Shown here in pieces: positions 11,399 to 23,598 of a stretch of 64,000 nt of DNA. The position numbers and the translations under genes were made by a program. The stretch is taken from positions 124,001-188,000 of the forward strand of contig NOWV01000114.1 of assembly GCA_003344405.1 (NCBI GenBank), given 5' to 3'. The DNA is from Trichoplax sp. H2 (taxonomy: Eukaryota). The notes under the pieces are model-generated. The model was given only the letters and a program-made list of their open reading frames with translations. It had not been told where the DNA came from and ran no database searches. Each line of letters starts with the position of its first letter. Positions within the stretch are counted from its first letter, which is position 1.

Positions 11399-14300
11399 AT
11401 GGTCGACCTTCAAAGCCCAACACTGGTTGAATCTCAACTAGCTGATGAGTATCCTGATATTATTCGTGATGAAATAGAAAAAGAGTATCTTACCGCACTA
11501 AAGGAAGATATTACGGAATGGATTAATGAATTATTAGTCCTTGATTTAATGCCCGATAATTTATTGACGGCTTTAGAAGATGGAATAGTATTGAATCAAT
11601 TAGCACAGTACGTTCATCAAGTTGGTGATAGTTATTTTGATTCGCATACTGGATTGTCTCGGAAAGTCAAGAAACTTCCTTCTAAATGTCCAAAGTATCG
11701 GCAGAATGCATCATCTAACCCGTTCTTTGCGCGGGATAATATTTCGAATTTTATTACCTGGTGCAAACAGCTAGGTGTTCCCGAAGTGATCATGTTCGAA
11801 ACTGAAGATTTAGTGTCCCAAAAAAACATTAAAAGTGTTTTACTCTGCCTTTTAGAAATATCTAGAATAGCCGTGAAGTACGGTGTTGCACCAACGGCTA
11901 TTATAGCCCTTGAGAACGAGATGGACAAAGACCAAGGGCGAAGCGATTGCAGCGACGACAGTTGCGAAACCTCATCAGTGGTATCTATTGCAACAGTCGG
12001 ATCCCAGACCGATCTTTTTCCAGACGATAAGCCAATGGTCAAAAGAAGAGGTAATTCAAATTCTCCCAGTAGAGGAACTAAACAGAAATCTATGATTCCC
12101 GTAAAAGGCATAAAGAAGCAAAATGAAGATACAGTTGAAAAATCTGAGAATGCGATTGATATCGACTGTAAGGTAAGTAATTATAATCAACTGACGAAAC
12201 ACCAATTTCAGTTTTAGACCCTACTAAGATCGAACCTTCTTAAGGTATGATACGCAATGCTTTATCCGCAGTACAGTAGAAAGCTGTTCTAACCGCAAAT
12301 TTTTGTTGGTGTACAGCATAATAGTTTCATGTAAACGGAGATTTGTAGTACTGTACTGTATAAATTCGTTATAAATACTATAGCTTTACGTCTGCTTGCG
12401 TGTGATACCGCATCATTATAATTACATGTTACTATTGTTTTACACTAGGCAATCAGTATAATAACAGAATATACTGTTGACTGAAGAAAGTTAAGAAAAT
12501 GCTGATTCGAACTACACTTAGTTATTTGATGTGCATTAGTGGAACGTAATACATAGTATAGTGTGTGTGATCATCAGAGGCTCCTCTAAAATTAAAATCT
12601 TTCTCAATTTTTAACTGAGTAATCCCTAGCATAACCCAATCAATAATACTGTAATCGGGTAACCAGTTTACTGTATTCGGTTTGCATTAAAATACCAGAT
12701 TTTAGTTCTAATAATTCACTTAGTCGAACTAAAATCAAGTATTTCAAACTATTCTGGACTGCAGTGCGACAGCAGCTTATGTCTCTGATATACCATAATT
12801 GATTCATAAATCATCATTCTATTGTACATAGCAAAACATATCGTGATTTCTAAATTTTCGTGTACAATACTCGTATTTCTATGGTTTTGCTACAGATCCA
12901 AAACTTACTTGCAAAATGTACCTGTAAGAGAAAATTTATGTTAAGAAAATTATCGGAAGGAAAATACCGTGTAGGAGAAGATGGACCTGTTATTTTCATA
13001 AGGGTCAGTTCTGTATATCTAACGGTTTGAAACTTTTTTATAGCTTCATCGAACAATGATTAAATCATAAAAATCCAGTCCAGTGATAATTAATAATATT
13101 TTGTATTTAAATTGCTTTGTTGTGCTTCTACGTATACAGTATACGCGTATTACTATCCTTAAATTAATAATGTCACAGTTTATATAAATGGGATGATGGT
13201 ACTGAGCTTGAGTATTATTTTTAGTCCATGCAGTCTGTACAGACTTATACCAGAGGCTACTAAAGAAGGAACACTGTACCACTGCTACAGTATGACATAG
13301 AATGGCATAGTGAAGAACCAAAATGGTCAGGACTTCCAAGTGTTAGGAAGGCTTACTTTAGATTCTGCAGACACCCTGCGGTATAATCTGCCGTCGAGGG
13401 TATTAAAGCCGAGAGTTTTTAAGGGAGGGGGGTTTGGAATGTATAATAAAATAAAATATATAATATGGCTGCGCGCTATGATAACAGGAACGATAGGCAC
13501 TTATACCGTACGATTACTTATATGCCTAACATGGTATACTATATATAGATTATTTTACATTTATTTCTATGGATTCTAGCATGACGATTAAAGCGGCTTA
13601 TCTTTATGCTGCTAAGAAATTGACTTATTCAACCATTTTAAAACTTGAATACATGAACGTGTTATAGCGTCTCACCAGACACTTTTTCATATAATTTTTA
13701 ATTGTAGGTATTGAGACATCATATAATGGTTCGCGTTGGAGGTGGTTGGGATACACTACGAAATTACGTTGATAAACATGATCCATGTTTGTATACCGGT
13801 ATGCTAACTATTACAGATGATCGAAGAATAAGTTTCTTTCTGTTTATGGCATTTACGTTTTTGCTCTTACAGCTATTGGAGAGAACAATGATAAAAAAGC
13901 GAAAGATAAAAAATCACCCGGTATTCTATGATAATTTAGTTGATATGAATATTCCGTACGTTAAATCAACCTAATATGTCCAGTCCTATAAGTTTAATAT
14001 CTCATGTGTATGCTCTAGCATAGTTTCCTGATGCATACTACAGACCCTGTCTTAGAATGTAATTGCGTGCTACTTATCTTATTCATTCTTCATTCTAGCA
14101 CTTACACCATCTCACAGCGTAAGCTCCATTAGCAGCCTTACCAGTCGACAAAAATCACCTCATATTCCAATAAAAGACAGTAGCTCAACTCGTAGCAGTT
14201 CTGACGATATTAAAAATAATTTATCAGCGCGTTCAAGTCCAAAATTCGATCGCCATAGACTACGCTCATCGAGTTTGACTTTTTCTGAAGTAAATGCGGA

Positions 14301-14511
14301 TATGCAGCTGTCTCATAACTTACTGAGGAATTTTACACCTGTTGATTCTAGTAGTCACAAAACAATTCATTATTCTACACCTGTAAGTAAAATACCTAAG
14401 TTTCCAACTGACAAGAAAGACCCAGATAGCAAGAGTGAGACACCTGTTCAACTTGCTCACATGAAACGCCGTAATTCGAATATTCCCCAGAAAACACACA
14501 ATATATCATAG
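11399..14511 (+). CDS. GAS2-family protein (calponin-homology + GAR domain; actin-microtubule crosslinker)
   Basis: [107 protein letters not shown]. Exons 11399-12172,12896-13003,13708-13798,13873-13920,14099-14511. Confidence 0.92.
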
Positions 14512-16663
14512 ATTTTAGATTTTTTTGCCTGTACTGCAATGATAGTGGTAGTAATTTTAAAATGCATGGTAACCATTTCTGCAATACGATACAACAGCTG
14601 TACAACATAATGCACGCGTGCTAAATTTTTTTGATATGATACTAAGCATATGAATACAAATATTATGCATACGCACTGTATAGTGTAACGTTCTGTTACT
14701 CTCTCACATCTTAAATTTTTTCATAACTTGTTTTGTATTCGACTAATCCTGAATTAGAATTGTGATATAGTTAGTATACTTGTAAATTTATACAAGATGC
14801 CAAGATGTTTGTGAATAATTTATACAATGTTATAGATCGTGTAAATGTAGTATAGCCTTTATATCAACAATAGGATTTAAAGTGCATTTACTGCAAATAT
14901 ACATGTACTGTACATATACTGCAGGTGTATATCATTTTTTAAAGTTGAATATGTGATTTTCATATATTTCTGCGCTTTTATATGTTCATCTGCTCATTTA
15001 ATGTGCGATTGGTATAGATTTGTTAACAATAATGCTTATATCACATGATGATTGTACCATGAAACGATAGGCCAGAAATACAGTTATGTCGATATCCTTA
15101 ACGGCTAGTGGGACAATTATGAAAGCTTTATAATTTTCGTTTCGTCTCCTCACCTCGCTTTAGACAGCAGATGACAGACACATCACGCTTTACTTAAGCT
15201 ATTGTTGACAAGCGAAGTAATGTGTTTTTTTAGAAATTTTTTAAAAGTGCTTTCAAAAATCGAAGAACTTCTTACGATTATATATAATTTAATTATATGC
15301 CTTTGTTAGGTTCGCATAATACTACTTAAAATTTATTTACTAATCTGCACCCCCCTCGCTTTTCCTAGTCGCTCAAATGATCTTGTACATATATGATGTA
15401 TATATAGTAAATGGATACTTATATATGTAATACCAATATTGTTAAATATAAGTTTGTCACAGCATGTGTGGAACGATAGTATTATTTAATTAAATTATGT
15501 GTGAAACAACAGATATGATGTGTGATTGCAATATTTTTGACAAATCTTTATACGAGTAAATTACCAGTACAATAAAAATTATCAAATCAGCATTCATAAA
15601 ACATGATTACGGCACTTCTGGATTAATGATTCAATTAAATCTTAACTTAGAATTCTAGCAAAGTTATGAATTATAATCTATAATCATGCATCTATTGTAA
15701 CAAACTTTTACTAGTGTAGTTATAAGGTATGATAATACCGGTAAAGAAATTTGAAAACGAAGGGAACAACAAATTAGACGGCTAATGCTGTATTAATACA
15801 GGCAATAGGGGTGTCAATTGCTAAATCTGTGCAATAGCTCGTGATTCTATAAGAATACGCGTTCATGACATAAGAAGTCTGTTAATCTATTCGAAATATC
15901 AGATTTCATTTCGTATACTCTCATAATGCGGGTTTAATTAACACTTAATTTTTAATGTATCTCATTAAATACTGAATAAGGTAAAAGTGAAACAATAGCA
16001 TTTTAATAACGTCAAACAGAATTAAATTACCGAGTTGAGTACTTTTCTTAGTTAGTATTACTAAATATTAAATATTCTGGTGAGATATCTCAAAATTCCA
16101 TCCCAATTACAGTAATGTGCTGTTCAATTATAACAATGTCAAAACTAAAAAACCTAGCAGCGATAGATTAACGTATTTAGTTGAACGAGCGTGACAGCCC
16201 AGTTTAGTAAATTAAACAGTACAGTATACTGAAATTACGGGAAATGACAGCCTTTGTTTACAATGCACTGCGATTTTTAAATCCGCAAGTTCCACTTTAG
16301 CAATCAAGCTCACCATCATATTTATGTCTCGCCTGCCCAGATGATAGTTATTATTCAGTTAACAATATTCATAAACCTCTAATTTATTATTGAATTATGC
16401 ACTATCAAAAACTTATGCAACAAATTTATACAGAATGTCTGGTAAAGGTAAGGTTATAGATAAAAATGCGATTCTACTTGATAATATACAGTACAATACA
16501 AATATTCAACTGCAAAAGTAAACTGTATACTGTATACGCTATTGCTAGCTGAGATATGTTTGTCAGGCATATAGTGAAAGACTCTGTGAAGTTTTTACTT
16601 ATTCTATGGTCACAATGTGTTTTTATACAATATTTAGCAAAGCATTTAGTAAGATGAAAAGGT

Positions 16664-19625
16664 TCATAACAGTTTTTTCTTCTTTTTTTCTTTCTTTTTC
16701 TTTTTCTTTTCACCTTCTTCTTGACGTCTCTGAAAAATAATTTGATATAATTTTCAGAGATCATTAAAATATTAATTAATTGACAAATCTGTTGGTCAGT
16801 TAAAAATTGCTGAGATTAATCTATAACATCAACTAACCAGTTTTTTGTGCCTTTTAATTTCATCTGAAAGGATTTGCATAGGACGTTATGATTTGTTATA
16901 ATATTATAAATGATACAGTCGACATTCAGTAGCAACTACAGTATTATACATTGGGTAATAACTTATATCTCGTTGTTCTTCAGATCAATTACCGCAGTAC
17001 ATTAAAAATTTTATTAAACATAAAAAGATGTCAATGTATAATAGAAGATTCTTACCATCAGCTCCAGTATTGTTATGACCATCAACCTTTAATTCACTAT
17101 TTATTTCCCGGTGTTTGTGTTTTTTATGCCGGTGTTTTTTTCTATTTGACTGTTGATATTGCATCAAGTACTGGTCAGGAATCTATAGCATCGCAAAATC
17201 GAGATTTTATCAGTAGCTGTACGATTGGTAGCAACGTAACTTGTCGTAATTCTTTCATGTTTAAGTACATGCCTTGCCGGGCATTAAATGAAATGCGCTT
17301 AAAGAATGGTTGGATAACGGCAATAATTCTCTCCCGCCAATCGGAGGCTTATCAATTAGGCCACTCAGACTATAGAATAATATAGCTTGAAATTAATCAA
17401 CCTTAAAACAATTATACATACTATACCATTTGAATTATCATGGTAGGAGTAATTATTGCAAATAATGAATCTGGTGCAGATACACAGTTTCCAACTGTTT
17501 TATAAGAGCATTTTTTATACAAAACAGTAACTATCTACCGTAAGTTAGCGTTTACTATAAAAAATTGCAATACGTACCCGGGATCAGCTTTCGTAACCGG
17601 CACGTCTACTCTACCTAAGTAAGATGAAACAAATTTATTTTTATTCGTATGATTCCTAGTAGCAACCGTGTATTTAGGGTAAACAGGTAGAAATATTAGA
17701 TATAATTGTATCTTAACGAAATACGCATAAAGAATACGAGGCATGAAAAAGTATTTACTAACCTAATACACTTTATTATGAGTCAGCAAAGGTGTAATTT
17801 GACATCAGCATAAAATAGTTATGAACGATTATGTAACTTTGTACAAATAGTACACTGTCAGAAGATCTAATAGTTGTGTACAGAATTTACTACACATGAA
17901 TTACAAATGTAATTTTAACTTAAACTACGAACTAAAACAATTCCCGAATTTCGTAATTAGCAGAGAAGATATTTGCAGTCATACGCTGATGGCTAGATAA
18001 TTTATTTAATTTTTTGATATACTATGCTTAAAATAGTATCTTAGAATAAACGTCCTGCTAGAAGAAAATACAGAAGGTACGGAGTAAAGGTGGTAATCCG
18101 GTAACGTTATACAGTATGTACTTTGCTTGGATTACTTAGAGACGTTCCGGCAATGTGAAAATCTATCTCTGTAGCTTAACTATAAAATATGTACACCGCT
18201 AAATCAGTAGCACTGTGCACATTAGGGTAAACGTATAATTATATATTATCATTACATGTATTAAATATTACTGGAAGCTTATACAGTATTGTAATAAAAG
18301 TTTAAAAGTTTTATATTCTAAAGAGGTCCAGAGAATATAAGGTCAAAGGTAACCACAAGTGCGAATACGATGTTTACGGCTATTAAAATACGTTGTAATT
18401 ATATACCAATATCATTTATTCACTACTAACATTTACGTCTGATTGTAGATTAATAGCAGCCTGATCTCTCAAGACATTCGAGTACAGTACAGTACTACAA
18501 TACACTAAGTGATTAGTCATGATTGCAAATTACGGCAAATCAATTCTTATCCAGAGAATTTTTAAATATTGGAATATTTTATTATTCTACGATTACATCA
18601 GAACTACACGTGTATGCTTGTATTACACATCATAAGTCAAGTTCAGCAAAGAAAATTATTTATGTGTATGATATAATTTAAGTTACTCAATAATAACTCG
18701 TACCATATTAATCTACTGTACAATTGATTTATGTTGATTGATCAGTAACTCCGCATACAATGTACTGTACAGTACGGTATACAGCGTCTTGCTATCATTC
18801 ATGATCATGACGACAAATGCAGAATTTATGTAGTGTTATAATCGTATAACAACTGATTAATCATATATAATGATGCGTGGTGCATGTGCGACAAAGTTCA
18901 TTTACTATAATATATGGTTATTAAACTAGTAATACAGACGTGTCGGTTTTTCGTACACAAGTACAGTATTTGCATTTTGCTTTAAATTAACAGTAAATAC
19001 GCAGATAGGCCTCGTTTGAGTCGTTTCCACTAGCTAAAAAGCTACAGTACTGTAATATATAGTAACAATTTTTTAAAAGTTGACGACTAAGTACTGTAAT
19101 TTAATCGCGTCACTATGGAAAGATTTAAGAATCGACAAATTTCGGTGACTACGATAGTGTTTGTATACGATTTTAATAAATTACATTATTTGCTACTCAC
19201 CTGGCAATTCAGGTAAAAATGTACTAAGATTTTCTTTCAGTTTCCTTCCGTGATATTGATTATATATATCGATCAAGTCACATTCAACGATTAAATTTGA
19301 TGCTCCACTCATCTTAGCTGGAACCACTGTAATAGTGATAAATCAATCACCAGTTAAAATTGAATATACAGATATAATTGCGTAAAAAGTATTTCATATT
19401 CGTTGCTTGCAGTTTCACTCGCAAGAAATTCTTTATTAACTAATCCACACTACCCAGTGTAATTGCTATCTTTAAAAATGTGCGTTAATATAACCTGCAA
19501 ACGAGCGCATGGATACCTGGATTATCACTTAATAAATAAAAGTTGGAAAATTCGTTTCGGTTACGGTCAGGCTTAGATCTTTCAGTACTGTTATCTTTTT
19601 CATGTTCTCCAAAGCCGCTTTCCAT
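16664..19625 (-). CDS. MED19: Mediator complex subunit 19
   Basis: Spliced: ..FYLLSDNP|VVPAKMSGASNLI..YNQYHGRKLKENLSTFLPELP|GRVDVP..|LSGLIDKPPIGGRELLPLS..FHLMPGK|IPDQYL..KKHRHKKHKHRE..|DEIKRHKKL|RRQEEGEKKKKKKEKKKKKLL*. Mostly missed by the ORF track. Confidence 0.9.
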
Positions 19626-19734
19626 GACATAGGGCAAAATTTTCTATTTTTGCAATCTCTAATCTTTACAGTTATGTCGTTTTAGTTAGTTTACTCTACT
19701 GCTAGTGCGCTTCTCTTCGTTTCAATGAAATGAA

Positions 19735-20414
19735 ATACTGTACTGAAGTTACTACATGTACTGTACTGTACACTGAGTGTACAGTAGTGTACGTACTGTA
19801 CTGTACACTGTACAGTACAGTACATGAATTAAGCAACACTGGTAAGAATATAATGCTACAGTACTGTACAGTACTGTACTTGTACTGTATGGTAGCTGTT
19901 AACTAGTCCCTGGTTAAAGATAAAAGGCCCCTCTTTTCCTTTGTGTACAGTACAGTACAGTACAGAATTGTAGTGTGTACTGTACTGTACTATGAAAAGT
20001 ACTGTACTGTACACAGTGTACAGTACGTACGAACAAAAAAATCGCTATCATCTGTGTTACCCGGGTACAGTGTAATGTACTGTACACTTGTACAGTACAT
20101 ACCGTACTGTACTGTAAAGTACAGTACGGTATAAATAAATACCACATACTGTACTGTACAGTACAGTATACAGTACAGTAGTGGTAAATTTAATTTAACC
20201 CCTTAAAGACTGAAAGTGTGCAAAAAGTACTGTACTGTTCGAGCAAAAAATCGCTATCATCTGTGTTGCCCGGTTACTGTGTACAGTACAGCACAGTACT
20301 GTACAGTACTGTACAGTACTTTATAAATACCACATGCACGGTACTACAGTACTGTACTGTACTACGGCGAAGTGATAAATTAAATTTAACCCCCCTTAAA
20401 GACTGACAGTGTGC
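19735..20414. repeat. TACAG/CTGTA tract plus ~200-bp degenerate tandem duplication in the MED19/GALM divergent promoter
   Basis: aaaaaatcgctatcatctgtgtt(a/g)cccgg, taccaca and aatttaacccc..ttaaagactga(a/c)agtgtgc each occur twice (~19996-20221 and ~20222-20414). Confidence 0.85.
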
Positions 20415-20423
20415 GAATTCGTC

Positions 20424-23149
20424 ATGACCTCAATTAGGAAAGAACCAATTTCTTATAACGGCAAGCAGTTAGAGAGATTCATATTAAAGAATAAATCTCT
20501 AGAACTGCACCTTAACTCTTACGGCATTATAATCGAGAAAATTATAGTGACTGACAGGTAAAGATTTAAGATTAAATTAATTTTATTATCGAAACTAATT
20601 ACTGTACAGTGTACAGTACTAGAGCAAACGAGACTGTTACCAATAGTTATTTTAAGTGTGAGTAAAAGGTGTAAGCCTAACTATGAGGAGGTTATTATAA
20701 ATTGTAATATTATAGATTAGATTACAGTATATTCTTATGAAGACTTCACAATACCATACTGCACATGCCGTTTTCATAAACAGTAAACAAAACTCTTTTT
20801 TTTACAGAGAAGGAAATTCAATCGATGTTGCTTTAGGTTATGACGGAATTGAAGGTCTGTTGTTGTAATGACTGGGTTTTTAGCTTAATGTACTATATAC
20901 TAGCCGCCATCTAAAATTACTTTATTAAGCACAATCGACTGTTTATGTCGCATAGTGCTTTTGTTTTCGGATTTCGGAGGGAATAAGAAGGAAGTTGCGA
21001 AACACTGATATTTTGCTTTATATTACTATTACAACCTTAAAGCATATTGCTATTGTACAGTAGTAAATCAAAATAGTAGATAGGCCATGATGTACAATTT
21101 CGGGTTAGTTAACATACAAAAGTATAGTAAGTACGCGTATGTGCACTCTGATGTAATTCACTGCTATCTATAGTAGAGTTATAACACTAGACAGTAGACT
21201 GATATTAATAATAATACCTTAATATCTTTATATTGCATAGTAATTTTGTCCGCAATACAATAAGTCGGAAATGCACCTATATACTTTTAATTTGGGGTTT
21301 TTAGGTTACTGTAAGGACAACGTATATTTGGGTTGCGTGGTCGGTCGCGTAGCTAACCGAATTGCTAAGGGCCAGTTTACCTTAGATAATAAACAATATC
21401 AACTTGCTGTTAATAATGGACCGAATCATCTCCACGGAGGGCCTAATGGATTTAGTAAGGTCTGTATACTTGTAGGGCTGTAAGACAAAACCGTACCAGA
21501 CATTTTGTACATTCTAGATATCTTTCCATTGTACTGTATTTCGAAAAAAATTGCATTGTGGTAATACTATCTGTATAGTACCGTAAATAACCCAAAAATA
21601 AGATCAAATCTGCAGCAACAATGCTTGCACTGACCATGGTAAACGCTCTTACGAAAATATCGAAGAAGCGATAGGCATTTAGAAGAAAAAAGTTGTTTTT
21701 AAGATCTGTAAGACTCTGTAAAAGATACTTTCGCATTAACTTACAACTTTATCAATGGAAAGATATAATTAACTTCTCGCTTCGGTATAAAATCTCTGCG
21801 TCAATCATATAGAGCTTGATCATTAAGAATTAACTTAAAATGTCTATAACTAATGCAAAGATTACGTACGTTCTAGATATTTCTTTCTGAGACACAGCTA
21901 AATAATCGTCATAAAATAAAATAAATATTTTACTAGGCGATCTGGAGTGCAGAGCAATCAACAAACGATAGCGTAACATTTAAGTATGTGAGTGTCGATG
22001 GTGAAGAGAGTTATCCTGGTCAGGTGTCAGTAACAGTTACATGTACACTAAGAGGAAGTGAAATTATCTTGGATTATGCAGCTACGTCATTAGAACCGAC
22101 CCCAATTAATTTGACCAATCATACCTACTTTAATCTTGGTGGCCACGTAAGCTTTTCGTCGATCGTTAAAGAATTTGCGGATATTTAATTTAAACAGAGA
22201 CATGTCATATATGATACTTATCTTAGGATTCCGGAGATATAAGAAATCACATCATACAAATTAATAGCGAGTATTATACTCCTTTGGATGATGTGCAAAT
22301 TCCTACTGGTAATTACAGTACAGTACAGTAGTTATATATGCGGATGAATTTTTGATTATGTGTATAATAACATATAAGTGAAAGTATTTGAATTTTTTAA
22401 TATAAAGGTGAAATTACTTCGGTTAAGGGAACTCCTTTTGATTTCATGTCACCTAAGCCAATTGGTAAAAATATGCCCGAAGGTGGATACGATCATAACT
22501 TTTGCTTGGCAGAGTGTACAGGACCTTGTATTAGGTAAAATAGTGCATTGTATAAAGCTGAACTTTCTTAAATCAGTACAGTAAAATTGCTTCTGAATAC
22601 TTCAAGATCTATTAAGGTATGACTTTCCATCAATATATTGAATACAGTTTAGTACGTAATTAAATTGATACAATCAATGTTTTAGACTAGCATAATTACT
22701 TATGCTGCTTTGCTTAATCTACAATTTCAACTAAACCCGAAGATCATTTGTAAATTTTACAAAAAATAAATACGTTCACTTTAACGTAGGGTAACTGAAC
22801 CAAACAGTGGGCGCATATTAGAAGTTTTTACAAATCAACCAGGAGTGCAATTCTATACTGCTAACTACCTAAATGGCATTGAGGGTAAGGGTGGTGCAGT
22901 ATATAATAAGCATTCTGGATTTTGTTTGGAAACACAAAACTATCCGAATGCAATCAATCAGGTAATGTAAAACAAGGGAATTTTCTTATTTGACCATAAT
23001 CCGCTAAAGTGCCTCATAGCTTACAAAACTAAGTTAGAGGTAAACAGGCTTGTTATCTTTTTTAGGACAACTTTCCTTCGTGTGTGATCCGACCTGGAGG
23101 ACCTGATTACAAACATCGCACCGTTTATAAATTTTGCAACATAAATTAA
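20424..23149 (+). CDS. GALM: Aldose 1-epimerase (galactose mutarotase), 8 exons
   Basis: DVALGYD, YLGCVVGRVANRIAKGQF, NNGPNHLHGG, DGEESYPG, PTPINLTNHTYFNLGGH, IPTGEI, GYDHNFCL, TNQPGVQFYTAN, GFCLETQNYP. Confidence 0.95.
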
Positions 23150-23598
23150 TGGTCATCAGACTGCATTTTACAACACTCTCATAAAATACCCATGACTAGA
23201 ATTCTATATTTTCATTACACTTTATCTAGTAAATAGTAAATCGTCCTTCATTATTTGTAGATGCGTAAAGAACTGTTTACAGAGAACTTTCTATACCATT
23301 TATATCAAAATGAGTAAAAAATACTTTCTGACTTTAATTTTGAATTCGTGTTAAGAATGACGACAAAAGTATTGATAAGATTCTAAGTAAAACAATTACC
23401 ATAACGTTGCAATATTTTTATGAAGTGCCACTTTTTTGATAGAAGATTCAAAGTGGGAAATATGAGTTAATAAATAAGAATAGAGTTGACGATACTGTCA
23501 TAAAATTAGTTAGTTTGAAGAATTATGGACATTTTTACATTTTAAAGTGATTCTAGTTCCTGTAATTGTTAAATCTGAATTATGATTTCTCATGTGGT

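Noticed and set aside
11632-12111. 159-aa antisense ORF (similar cases at 16951, 24921, 30841, 32005, 43687)
   Set aside because: Shadow ORFs opposite genuine coding exons, with no recognisable motifs.
16474-16764. Basic ORF KKKVKRKRKRKKKRR
   Set aside because: Alternative frame of the MED19 last exon; the other frame fits MED19 and the splice phases.
19914-20406. Short ORFs rich in YCTV/STVQ (also at 27255, 35283-36109, 42509, and the first 56 aa of ORF 11231)
   Set aside because: They are translations of the TACAG/CTGTA repeat tracts; the real GAS2-like start is most likely 11399.
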